This document shows, piece by piece, positions 32,352-41,118 of a stretch of DNA of 64,000 bases (position 1 is its first letter; each line of letters opens with the position of its first letter). The notes beneath the pieces were generated by a model. The model was not told the origin of the DNA and did not search any database. It saw only the letters and a program-made list of their open reading frames with translations. Source of the DNA: an uncultured Desulfarculales bacterium (GTDB lineage: Bacteria; Desulfobacterota; Desulfarculia; Desulfarculales; JAHJDS01); assembly GCA_964569795.1 (NCBI GenBank), contig CAZMVB010000008.1, forward strand, positions 12,303 to 76,302, given 5' to 3'. A program made the position numbers and the translations under genes.

Positions 32352-32573
32352 TTGATCACCTGTGGAACTCAGAACGACCGGCGATTCCTCAAGTCTGTTT
32401 TCAGGCTGCGGCCGCAAGAGCGCCAACTGTGCGATTTAAGACCCGGCCGCTGGGCCTTGCTTCTTTCCGAGGTCAAACGACTCCCCGAGCCGGTCCCGTT
32501 CAAGGGCCGCCAGGGCCTCTGGATCCTGCCGCCCGACGTCGAGGCCCAGGTCCGGGCGCAATTGGAGGCATGA
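32352..32573 (+). pseudogene. C-terminal remnant of an ASCH-like domain gene
   Basis: DLRPGRWALLLSEVKRLPEPVPFKGRQGLW resembles the ASCH C-terminal motif; N-terminal part absent, in-frame stop upstream. Confidence 0.55.
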
Positions 32574-33095
32574 TCAACCTTTCTGATTAGGTCCTTTGTC
32601 TGACGATTCTGGAGGTAATTCAGATTGGATCCCGATAGTCTTAAACAGGCTCCTGTCGAGCTCCTTGGCCCCGATCTCACTTCTCAAGGCATCCATGAGG
32701 AGGTTCACTTCTTTTTGCATCTTTTCCCTATCCGTAAAATCGGGGTCATACCATTGTGTAGGAATAAAACGCGACTGCAAGAGACTCACGTACAAATCGG
32801 TGTAAGCCTTAAAGGCAGGCTGGGACAAAACGACCTCGGCCTCGCCGAAGCAATTGTCAATAATATCACAGGATTTTACCAACTCATTTTTCTGAAGATC
32901 CTCTTTCATGGGGCCTACTGCCCACAGCGTAATTCTTCGAAGCGCCGGCGCCAGCTTCCGGGCAAAATCAACCTTGGCCTTGTGTCGCTCCAATTCAAAG
33001 ATGCGTTTCCGGGCCAGGTAAACGGCCCCGAGCGACGCGAGGACAGACCCTATGATCGTCAACACGGAAATGGGAAGCTGCAGCCACCAGGGCAT
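32574..33095 (-). CDS. Hypothetical protein with one N-terminal TM helix
   Basis: GGAG RBS; hydrophobic residues about 3-28, then a helical domain; low-GC codons. Confidence 0.7.
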   Translation of the reverse strand: MPWWLQLPISVLTIIGSVLASLGAVYLARKRIFELERHKAKVDFARKLAPALRRITLWAVGPMKEDLQKNELVKSCDIIDNCFGEAEVVLSQPAFKAYTDLYVSLLQSRFIPTQWYDPDFTDREKMQKEVNLLMDALRSEIGAKELDRSLFKTIGIQSELPPESSDKGPNQKG

Positions 33096-33193
33096 GGAGG
33101 TTCTCCACGTATTGATATTGCTACCGAATTACACTATGAAGCGCCACGGTGACCACGAACTCCTGATCCCGAACTGCTGAAGGAACGCGGTTA

Positions 33194-33322
33194 TCAAGAC
33201 TTTTTCTTCGGGGTGATGGTCTTCGTTTTCCTCGGTTTATCAGCTTTCTTAACCGGTTGCAGCAGTCCCGTACCCTGAGGCTTGGGCGGCTTTGGGGGCG
33301 GTGGTTTTTCGTCTTTGGTCAT
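33194..33322 (-). CDS. Lys/Pro-rich micropeptide, 42 aa (MTKDEKPPPPKPPKPQGTGLLQPVKKADKPRKTKTITPKKKS)
   Basis: GGAGA RBS 5 nt before the ATG at 33322. Confidence 0.6.
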   Translation of the reverse strand: MTKDEKPPPPKPPKPQGTGLLQPVKKADKPRKTKTITPKKKS

Positions 33323-33414
33323 GGCTGTCTCCGTTATAAGACCGCACAATAAACGAGTATAAGGAATGCGCTGATGCCTCAGCTCGGGTGAGCGCAAGCC
33401 CACCCCAGTCTTTA

Positions 33415-33594
33415 CTATGTTTCGAAGTCCTTTATCTTGTCCATTGGAGCATATTTTAAAAAACTCGTACCCCCACCGACTTCTCCCTTGCCCTTCTTCT
33501 TTGTTTTCTTGGGGGGCTTGGATGGCTTGGGGGTTTCGGACTGTTCGGCAGCCCCTTGGAGGTCAGAGGTAGGTCGCTTCTTTTCTTCGGCCAT
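33415..33594 (-). CDS. Lys/Pro-rich micropeptide, 59 aa (MAEEKKRPTSDLQGAAEQSETPKPSKPPKKTKKKGKGEVGGGTSFLKYAPMDKIKDFET)
   Basis: GGGAGG RBS directly after the upstream stop; hand-translated, not in the ORF track. Confidence 0.6.
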   Translation of the reverse strand: MAEEKKRPTSDLQGAAEQSETPKPSKPPKKTKKKGKGEVGGGTSFLKYAPMDKIKDFET

Positions 33595-33605
33595 GACAGC
33601 CTCCC

Positions 33606-34109
33606 TTAAGGGATGATCCGATAAACGATAAAAAATGCGGCGCTGATGCCTGAAACCACGAGGGCGCAGGCTCCTGTCACGACTCTCAAGGCCTTGGACT
33701 TCAATATTGTTTTGTCCCTTTCGCAGGAATTGTGGAGATCGATAATCAGCATTCCGATCAGCTCCTTATGGTCCACTGACCCGTATTCAGTCCAAGTCCT
33801 TATTTCAACGGGATAGGTGTAAACATTCCTCGGCCATAGTGCCAGGATTGAGAATACCAAACCCACCAGGGCAGCCCCGAAGGCGACTACCAGCGAGCCC
33901 ATTTCCCAAAATCCGCTTGGTGTACGTTTCAGGGAAGAGACTATGGATAGCATGGCTGCGAGAACAACCCCCTGGCCTGCCAGTCCAAACGACGCCTTTG
34001 CGTCCAGCTTGTCGCAGGTCTCCATTAAGGCGCCTAGCTGCTTGACCAGCAGGTCATAGATGAGCTTGGCGTTCTCGAGAGAGCCTATTCGGGATCCTTG
34101 TTGTTCCAT
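33606..34109 (-). CDS. Three-TM protein resembling the Pycsar effector (PycTM/DUF5706) family
   Basis: DKLDAKAS..TM..TM-LALWPR..KSKAL..TM architecture. Confidence 0.6.
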   Translation of the reverse strand: MEQQGSRIGSLENAKLIYDLLVKQLGALMETCDKLDAKASFGLAGQGVVLAAMLSIVSSLKRTPSGFWEMGSLVVAFGAALVGLVFSILALWPRNVYTYPVEIRTWTEYGSVDHKELIGMLIIDLHNSCERDKTILKSKALRVVTGACALVVSGISAAFFIVYRIIP

Positions 34110-34334
34110 CTTCCCTGGCCAGCCCGTGCATTTGATTTCAAAATGATGATAAAATGTACCCTCTGAGCTTGTCCAGGACTTTTTGGGGGCCGCTGGTGCC
34201 TTTTTTGGGTGCTGGATTCGGCTTCAGGCAGCCAAGAATGGTCGTCGAACGGGTCACCATGAATGTCAGTTCAAGGGAAAAATTATATAGTTAGGTTGAT
34301 CGACCTGAGAAATGATTACTCGGCCCTTGTCCCG

Positions 34335-35597
34335 TCACTGTTTATCATCCATGAAGCCGGGCTGAATAAAGTAGCGCCGCAGCCAGTCCAGGGCCGTGGA
34401 CGCGCTCAGGGTCTTGATCTGGGCGCGTCGGCCGATGAACCGGTGCCGCCTGACCCGGGTCCGGCGGCCGTCACTCAGGGCGATGAAGACCGTGCCCACC
34501 GGTTTTTCCTTTGTGCCGCCGTCCGGCCCGGCGATCCCGGTCACGGCCAGGCCCAGATCGACCGCTGACCGCTCTCTGACCCCGGCGGCCATCTCGACCG
34601 CCGTCTCGGCGCTGACCGCGCCGTGGTTTTCGAGGGTCTCCTCGGACACGCCCAGCAAATCGACCTTGGCCTGGTTCGAGTAGGTCACCAGGACCCGGTC
34701 CAGGTAATTGGAACTGCCCGGCACGCCGGTCAGCAGGTGGCCGATCAGCCCGCCGGTACAGGACTCGGCCACGGCCACGGTCAATCGCCTGTCGGTCAGC
34801 AACTGGCCGACCACTGACTCCAGCCGGTCCCGCTCCTGGCCGTAAACGACGTCGCCCAACACCCGGCGCACGTCGCCCTCGGCCCGGGCGAGCATGGCCT
34901 CGGCCTCGTTTTCCGTAAGGGCCTGGGCGGTCAGCATCAAGTGGACCTCGGGAAAGTTGGGGTAGTACCCCACGCTGACGGTCGGCCAGTCGGGCACCAC
35001 CGCGGACAGGCGCTCCTGAATGGCCACCTCGTCCAGGCCGAAGGTTTTCAGCAACCTCTGACGGATGACCGAGCCGTTGGCCAGGCGGGCGGACAGGGCC
35101 GGGATGACCTGGGCGTCCATCAGGTCCCGGGTCTGCTCGGGCACCCCGGGCAACAGGAACACGGGCACCCGACCGACCGTCATCGAAAAGCCGCAGGTGT
35201 AGCCGGCCGGATCGATGATCTCGGCCCCCTGGGGCATCACCGCCAGTTTTTCGTAAAGCTCCGGACTCTCGCCCCGGCCCCGCATTTCCAGGAAGCCCTT
35301 GATCTTGTCCCAGATGGCCTCGTTTTTGACCAGGGGGACGCCGCCCACCTCGGCCGCCGCGGCGCAGGTCACGTCGTCATCGGTCGGCCCCAGCCCGCCG
35401 GTGACCACCACCAGGTCGGACCGGTTCACCGCCCGGGTCAGGGCGTCCTGGATCCGGGACAGATCGTCGGCCACGGTGGTGATGGCCCGCACCCTCACCC
35501 CCAGGGCGAACAGACGACCGGCCACGAACTCGGCGTTGCGGTCCCGCACCCGCCCGGAGATCAGTTCATCGCCGATGGTTATTATTTCGCCAATCAC
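34335..35597 (-). CDS. cinA: CinA family protein (NMN deamidase PncC domain)
   Basis: IGDELISG, GGLGPTDDDVT, LPGVP, AESCTGG, GITG-like VTGIAGPDGG..KPVG; start placed at the GTG of VIGEII (track start 35618 also possible). Confidence 0.92.
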   Translation of the reverse strand: MIGEIITIGDELISGRVRDRNAEFVAGRLFALGVRVRAITTVADDLSRIQDALTRAVNRSDLVVVTGGLGPTDDDVTCAAAAEVGGVPLVKNEAIWDKIKGFLEMRGRGESPELYEKLAVMPQGAEIIDPAGYTCGFSMTVGRVPVFLLPGVPEQTRDLMDAQVIPALSARLANGSVIRQRLLKTFGLDEVAIQERLSAVVPDWPTVSVGYYPNFPEVHLMLTAQALTENEAEAMLARAEGDVRRVLGDVVYGQERDRLESVVGQLLTDRRLTVAVAESCTGGLIGHLLTGVPGSSNYLDRVLVTYSNQAKVDLLGVSEETLENHGAVSAETAVEMAAGVRERSAVDLGLAVTGIAGPDGGTKEKPVGTVFIALSDGRRTRVRRHRFIGRRAQIKTLSASTALDWLRRYFIQPGFMDDKQ

Positions 35598-35747
35598 CGC
35601 TCGAATCCCATCCAGCACCGCTCGAATCCCATGAAGAAGACCGCCTGAACCCCAGGGCCGGTTTGTAGTCCTGTTTCATTTAATAAATTAAAATGCAGTC
35701 TGAACAATTGGCAAACAGAAGTCAATTGCGGCCCGGGGTTTTAACCA

Positions 35748-36731
35748 TCAAAACCTGAATAACGACGCCCCCCAGGTGAAACCGGCCCCAAAGGTGTTGA
35801 CCAGGATCAGGTCGCCGCGCTTGATCCGGCCGTCGCGGACGGCCTCGTCCAGGGAGGTGGGGATGGTCCCGGCCGAGGTGTTGCCGTAGCGGTCCACGGT
35901 GACGATCACCTTCTCGATCGGAATTCCCAGACGCCGGGCGACCTCCTCCATGATCCGGATGTTGGCCTGATGGGGGATGAACCAGTCGACCTTGTCGGCG
36001 GTCAGGCCGTTGTGCTCCAGGGCCTCCCGGGCCACGGTCTCCAGGCTGCGCACGGCGTGCTTGAAGACCTCGTTGCCCTGCATCTTGACGTACTGCATCC
36101 GGGCCTCGATCATCTCGGCCGAGGGCGGATGGGCCGAGCCGCCGGGCAGATACAGCAGTTCCCACAGTTCGCCGTCGGTGTGGAGATGGGTGGACAGGAT
36201 CTCGCCGTCACCGTTTCCATTGCTGGGCCCGACGACCACCGCCCCGGCCCCGTCGCCGAACACGACGCAGGTGGTCCGGTCCTGGTAGTCGATCCGGTTG
36301 GACAGGACCTCGCCGCCGATCACCAGGGCGTACTGATGGGAGCCGTCCTGGACGAACTTCTGGGCGATCTGGAGGCTGTACACCCAGCCCGGGCACCCGG
36401 CGCTGACGTCAAAGGCCACCGCCCGCGGGGCCCCCAGTTTTTTCTGGAGGATGCAGGCCGAGGCCGGGGAGATCATGTCCCCGGTCGAGGTGCCGACTAC
36501 GATCAGGTCCACCGCCTCGGCCGGCAGGCCGGCCATGTTCAGGGCGGCCCGGGCCGCGGGCAGGGCCAGGTCGGAAAAGGCCACACCGTTCTCGATGAAC
36601 CGCCTTTCCCGGATCCCGGTCCGGGTGGTGATCCACTCATCCGAGGTGTCCACAATCGTCTCAAAAAACTTGTTCGGCACCACCCGGGGCGGGAAATAGG
36701 AACCAGTGCCCTTGATACACGTCTTCAACAC
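35748..36731 (-). CDS. fabH: 3-oxoacyl-ACP synthase III
   Basis: TRTGIRERR, DVSAGCPG catalytic Cys, FGDGAGA, PHQAN, GNTSAG. Confidence 0.95.
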   Translation of the reverse strand: MLKTCIKGTGSYFPPRVVPNKFFETIVDTSDEWITTRTGIRERRFIENGVAFSDLALPAARAALNMAGLPAEAVDLIVVGTSTGDMISPASACILQKKLGAPRAVAFDVSAGCPGWVYSLQIAQKFVQDGSHQYALVIGGEVLSNRIDYQDRTTCVVFGDGAGAVVVGPSNGNGDGEILSTHLHTDGELWELLYLPGGSAHPPSAEMIEARMQYVKMQGNEVFKHAVRSLETVAREALEHNGLTADKVDWFIPHQANIRIMEEVARRLGIPIEKVIVTVDRYGNTSAGTIPTSLDEAVRDGRIKRGDLILVNTFGAGFTWGASLFRF

Positions 36732-36898
36732 CCAGAACTCCTCCGCCGGAAAATCCCCCTCCCAAGACCTACCCAGACAATCGGTATTTCATACCTGAAA
36801 AACCGTCCGTTGCCAAGCCCGATTTCACAAAGACGGGAACGGCCCTCGAGAATGGGCCGGCCCGCAGATCATTGACCAGTTTTTGTCAGCGTCAAGGC

Positions 36899-36930
36899 AA
36901 AAATATCGGGGCCCCGAAATCGGGGCCCCG
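36899..36930 (-). terminator. Probable intrinsic terminator
   Basis: CGGGGCCCCG-N4-CGGGGCCCCG with an adjacent T-tract on the minus strand. Confidence 0.6.
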
Positions 36931-36973
36931 GGGGGAGGAGAGAAGCCGCATCGGCTTCATGGGAGGTCTTGAA

Positions 36974-37411
36974 TTACCAGCAACCGCCGCCGCCCGGACC
37001 ATATCCCCAGCCCGGACCACGACGCCAACCCGGACCATATCCCCAGCCCGGACCACGACGCCAGCCCGGACCACCGCGCCAGGCGTACCGGCGGGCATCT
37101 GGATTCTTGAGGTTGTACTCGGTGACCCGTTTGAACAAATTGGACCGCAGGGTGTTGATCTCCTGGGTCAGGGCCTTGACCTTGGCCGCATCGGGCTTGG
37201 CCCTGGCCATCTCGTCGTACAGGGCCCGCTGCTTGTTCCACAGGTTGGCCCGCAGGTTATAGGTCGCCTGGTCACCGGGCCCCCACATCATCGCGCCCGG
37301 ACCACCGCACCAGCCCCCGTAAGGGCCGCCGGCCCACTGGGCCATGGCCGTACCGGCCGCCAGGGTCACGATTGCCAGGGCCAAGGCCACCGTGATCAGT
37401 TTCTTGGTCAT
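36974..37411 (-). CDS. Periplasmic Spy/CpxP/ZraP-like protein with GPGW repeat tail
   Basis: Signal peptide, GGWCGGPG, LYDEMARAKPDAAKVKALTQEIN helix; start at the ATG after GAGGGG. Confidence 0.75.
   Translation of the reverse strand: MTKKLITVALALAIVTLAAGTAMAQWAGGPYGGWCGGPGAMMWGPGDQATYNLRANLWNKQRALYDEMARAKPDAAKVKALTQEINTLRSNLFKRVTEYNLKNPDARRYAWRGGPGWRRGPGWGYGPGWRRGPGWGYGPGGGGCW
36993..37073. repeat. 36-bp in-frame tandem repeat (GPGWRRGPGWGY x2)
   Basis: cccggaccatatccccagcccggaccacgacgcca present twice plus a partial copy. Confidence 0.9.
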
Positions 37412-37480
37412 CCGTGTTCCCCTCAAGGTGTGAAATATGGTCTTGACCCCGCTGTGAGGTCGTGTTGTGGCCCTACGTCA

Positions 37481-37497
37481 TGGCACGTTGCGTGCCA
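37481..37497 (-). promoter_or_regulatory. sigma54 (-24/-12) promoter, palindromic
   Basis: TGGCACG-N3-CGTGCCA gives GG-N10-GC on both strands; the minus-strand copy lies ~70 nt upstream of the Spy-like gene. Confidence 0.65.
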
Positions 37498-37860
37498 GTT
37501 GTTTTCCCGCGGGAGTTTTATGTCTAATAATATGTTGGTTTTATTGCTAATATTATCTTGCGGCCTCAAGTAGGTTCCCGTGAAGGGGACGACTTTGACT
37601 GCATAAAATTTACCCGACCCACCCCAAATCCTAGCGCCTGACTATGAAAAAAGGTGACACCCGGGTCCAGGCTTGCCCGGGCGGGGCCGGCGTGTTAAGG
37701 TCATCCGGACGGGGCTGCCATCCCGATCGCGACCCGGGCGTCTCGGTTCCAGGCGGGTAAAACGGGGCCATAAGGGGGGACGCCTGACCGGTCCGCCGAC
37801 CGGGGCCGCGACGGGGGAACATTCAGAAATCAAGCGGCGGCTAGGCAAGCGGGAAGATCA

Positions 37861-38541
37861 GTGGGCGGTGAGGAACGGCCGAAAATCTGCGCCAGCGTCG
37901 TCGAGGCCACCCCGGTCGAGGCGGCCCGGACCATGACCCAGGCGGCCGGGTGGGCCGACCTGTTCGAGTGGCGTCTGGATCACCTGGCCCAGGGGGACCT
38001 GCCACCCCGGATCGACCGGCTCCCCGGTCCCCTGATCCTGACCTGCCGGCCGGAATGGGACGGCGGCCGGTTCAAGGGAGAGGAAAAAGAGCGGGCGGTC
38101 TTCATCAGCCGCTTTTTCGACTTGGCCCCTGATTACATTGACATCGAGCTCAAGGCCGGCCCGGCGGTCTGGGAGGTGATCAGGGATCGACCCGAGAACA
38201 CGGGCCTGGTGGTCTCCCTTCATCTGTGGGAATCCACGCCGCCCGAGGCCTTCCTGTCCGCCTGGTTTCAGCGGCTGTCCCGGACCGAGGCCGACGTCAT
38301 GAAGCTGGTCACCCGAGCCAAAAACGCCGAGGACAACCTGCGGGTCCTGTCGCTGATCACTCAGGCCGGCGACCGGGACCTGATCGCCTTTTGCGCCGGG
38401 CCCCTGGGCCGGTGGAGCCGGGTCGCGGCCCCGCTGGTGGGCAGCCCCTGGACCTATGCCCCGGCCCGGGAGGACGCCCTCACGGCCCCGGGTCAGATCG
38501 CCGGGCCGGCGCTCAGGCGGATACTCGACCAACTGACGTGA
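37861..38541 (+). CDS. aroD: Type I 3-dehydroquinate dehydratase
   Basis: EWRLD, ILTCRPEWDGG, YIDIE, VSLH, DVMKLVT, PGQI. Confidence 0.9.
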   Translation: MGGEERPKICASVVEATPVEAARTMTQAAGWADLFEWRLDHLAQGDLPPRIDRLPGPLILTCRPEWDGGRFKGEEKERAVFISRFFDLAPDYIDIELKAGPAVWEVIRDRPENTGLVVSLHLWESTPPEAFLSAWFQRLSRTEADVMKLVTRAKNAEDNLRVLSLITQAGDRDLIAFCAGPLGRWSRVAAPLVGSPWTYAPAREDALTAPGQIAGPALRRILDQLT

Positions 38542-39359
38542 TCGACGCCGGTACCCAAGTGTACGCCGTGATCGGCCGGCCCCTGGACCACACCCTCAGC
38601 CCGGCGGTCCACAACGCCGCCTTTCAGGCAACCGGCCTCAACGCGGTGTATCTGGCCCTGCCCACCGATGATCCGGCCGGGGCCCTGGCCGGGGCACGGG
38701 CCCTGGGCCTGAAGGGCCTGTCCATCACCATCCCCCACAAGGAGGCGGCCCTGGCCGGGGTGGATGAGGTCGAGGCCGAGGCCCGAACCCTGGGGGCGAT
38801 CAACACCGTCGTCATTCGCGACGGTTTTCTGAAGGGGAGCAACACCGACGCCCCGGCCATCGTCGCCTGCCTGGAAAAGGCCGGCCCGGTGTCCGGACGG
38901 CGGGCCCTGATCCTGGGGACCGGCGGCGCGGCCCGGGCGGCGGCCTTTGGTCTGTCCCAGGCCGGGGCCGAGGTGATCGTCGCCGGACGGCGGGCCGACC
39001 GGGTGGCCGGGCTGGCCCGGGACCTGGGGGTCCGAGGAATATCCTGGGCCGAGATCGGCACGGAAAATCCCGAACTGGTGATCAACGCCACGCCGGTCGG
39101 GATGTGGCCTCAGGCCGACGAAACGCCGCTGGACGTGTCCGGGCTGGACCCCGGGACCGTGGTCCTGGACATGGTTTACAACCCGCTGCAAACCCGGTTG
39201 TTGACCCTGGCCCAGGATCGGGGCCTGACCACCGTCTCGGGCCTGGAGGTCTTCCTGGATCAGGCGGCCCGGCAGTTCGAGCTGTGGACCGGTACCTCGG
39301 CCCCGGTGCAGGTGATGCGGGAGGCGGCCCTGACTGCTCTTCGCGGAGGATTAAGATAA
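38538..39359 (+). CDS. aroE: Shikimate dehydrogenase
   Basis: HTLSPAVHN, SITIPHKE, GAINT, NTD, GTGGAARA, NATPVGM, DMVYNP. Confidence 0.95.
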   Translation: MIDAGTQVYAVIGRPLDHTLSPAVHNAAFQATGLNAVYLALPTDDPAGALAGARALGLKGLSITIPHKEAALAGVDEVEAEARTLGAINTVVIRDGFLKGSNTDAPAIVACLEKAGPVSGRRALILGTGGAARAAAFGLSQAGAEVIVAGRRADRVAGLARDLGVRGISWAEIGTENPELVINATPVGMWPQADETPLDVSGLDPGTVVLDMVYNPLQTRLLTLAQDRGLTTVSGLEVFLDQAARQFELWTGTSAPVQVMREAALTALRGGLR

Positions 39360-40423
39360 TGGCGGGCAACACCTTTGGTCAGATTTGGCGCGTGACCACG
39401 TTCGGCGAGTCCCACGGCCCGGCCATCGGGGCCGTGATCGACGGCTGCCCGGCCGGTCTGCCCCTGGACGAGGCGACCGTCCAGGCCGAACTGGACCGCC
39501 GTCGGCCCGGCCAGGGGGCCTTTGCCAGTCCCCGCCGCGAGCCGGACCAGGTCCGCCTCCTGTCCGGGGTCTTCGAGGGAAAGACCCTGGGCACGCCCAT
39601 CGGCCTGGTGATCGACAACCGCGACGTCCGGTCCGCGGACTACGACGATCTGCGCGACAAGTTCCGGCCCGGTCAGGCCGACGTGACCTATTACCAGAAA
39701 TACGGGCTTCGGGATCATCGGGGCGGCGGCCGGGCCTCGGCCCGGGAGACCGCGGCCCGGGTGGCGGCCGGGGCCGTGGCCCAGGTCCTGCTCGATCAGG
39801 ACCAGATCGAGGTTTTGGGCGGGACCAGGGCCATCGGCGGCGTGGTCGCCCCGGACACGGACTGGGCCGCGGTGGACGACAATGACCTGCTCTGCCTCGA
39901 TCCCGACGCCGTCCCGGCCCTCATGGCCCGCCTGGCCGAGGTCAAGGCCGCCGGCGACTCGGTGGGCGGCCTGGTCGAGGTTCTGGTCCGCAACTGTCCG
40001 CCGGGCCTGGGCGAGCCGGTCTTTGACAAGCTCGAGGCCGACTTGGCCAAGGCCCTGATGTCCATCGGGGCGGTCAAGGGCGTCGAGATCGGGGCCGGTT
40101 TCAACGCGGCCGACCTGCTCGGCTCGGAGAACAACGATCTTTTGACCCCGACCGGATACACCTCGAACCAGGCCGGCGGCGTGCTGGGCGGCATCTCGAC
40201 CGGCCAGGACATCTTTCTCCGGGTGGCAATCAAGCCGATCCCGTCCATCGAACGGGAGCAGCGGACCATGGATCAGATGGGACGGCCGACGACCATCCGG
40301 ATCACCGGCCGCCACGACGTCTGCGCCCTGCCCCGGATCGTACCCGTGGTCCAGGCCATGGTCCGCCTGGTCCTGGCCGATCATCTGCTCCGCAAGCGCC
40401 TGGCCCGTCATGATTCGGCTTGA
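39359..40423 (+). CDS. aroC: Chorismate synthase
   Basis: TFGESHG, RPGQAD, GGRASARET, GGISTG, GRHD. Confidence 0.97.
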   Translation: MAGNTFGQIWRVTTFGESHGPAIGAVIDGCPAGLPLDEATVQAELDRRRPGQGAFASPRREPDQVRLLSGVFEGKTLGTPIGLVIDNRDVRSADYDDLRDKFRPGQADVTYYQKYGLRDHRGGGRASARETAARVAAGAVAQVLLDQDQIEVLGGTRAIGGVVAPDTDWAAVDDNDLLCLDPDAVPALMARLAEVKAAGDSVGGLVEVLVRNCPPGLGEPVFDKLEADLAKALMSIGAVKGVEIGAGFNAADLLGSENNDLLTPTGYTSNQAGGVLGGISTGQDIFLRVAIKPIPSIEREQRTMDQMGRPTTIRITGRHDVCALPRIVPVVQAMVRLVLADHLLRKRLARHDSA

Positions 40424-40470
40424 ACCGATCACCGGACCGGTTTACCCTTGAATATGGCCGGACGGAAGCC

Positions 40471-41118
40471 ATGAAGCCGGGCAAGACGTTCAACAATCTG
40501 GCCAAGTCCAAGCAGAACCGCATCATCACCGCGGCCGTGGGCGAGTTCAGCCGCCAGGGTTACGCCGGGGCCCGGGTCAGCGCCATCGCCGACAAGGTGG
40601 GCATCGCCAAGGGCTCCCTGTTCCAGTACTTCGGCGACAAGAAGCGGTTGTTTCTGTTTTTGTTCGACCGGACCGTGGACCGGGTCAAGGACCACCTCCG
40701 GGCCGTCCGCGATGCGACCCAGGATCAAAACGTCTTCGACCGGATCGAACGGATCCTCAAAAGCGGCGTCGAGTTCGTCGGCCGCCACCCCCACCTGTAC
40801 ACCCTGTATCTGAAGCTGACCTTCGAGAGCGGCACACCCCTCAAACAGGAGATGATCCGGCAGGTGCGGGCCGACAGCCTGGAGTTTTTGCGGGAGATCC
40901 TGCTGACCGGACAGGAGCGCGGCGAGCTGAGGGCCGACGTGGACCTGGATCAGGCCGCCTTCATCCTGGACGCGCTCTTCGAGCGTTTCCTGCAGGCCCT
41001 GTCCCAGGCCCACCTGGACGCCGGCACCGGGCTGTACCGGGCCGACGAGGCCGTGCTCGAGCCCAAGATCCGGGGCCTGATCGACGTGATGCGCTTCGGA
41101 CTGGGACCTTCGCCATGA
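40471..41118 (+). CDS. TetR/AcrR family regulator
   Basis: EFSRQGY..IA...GIAKGSLFQYFGDK helix-turn-helix. Confidence 0.9.
   Translation: MKPGKTFNNLAKSKQNRIITAAVGEFSRQGYAGARVSAIADKVGIAKGSLFQYFGDKKRLFLFLFDRTVDRVKDHLRAVRDATQDQNVFDRIERILKSGVEFVGRHPHLYTLYLKLTFESGTPLKQEMIRQVRADSLEFLREILLTGQERGELRADVDLDQAAFILDALFERFLQALSQAHLDAGTGLYRADEAVLEPKIRGLIDVMRFGLGPSP

Larger units (their letters stand above)
32250..34330. mobile_element. Lower-GC horizontally acquired islet between cinA and thpR
   Basis: Visibly more AT-rich with non-host codon usage; splits the normally adjacent cinA-thpR genes; carries a truncated ASCH-like gene; no integrase or terminal repeats seen; boundaries approximate. Confidence 0.6.

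Noticed and set aside
35595-35625. tRNA 3' end or att site (TCGAATCCCA resembles a T-loop)
   Set aside because: No T-stem pairing or cloverleaf, and it lies 1.2 kb from the islet boundary.
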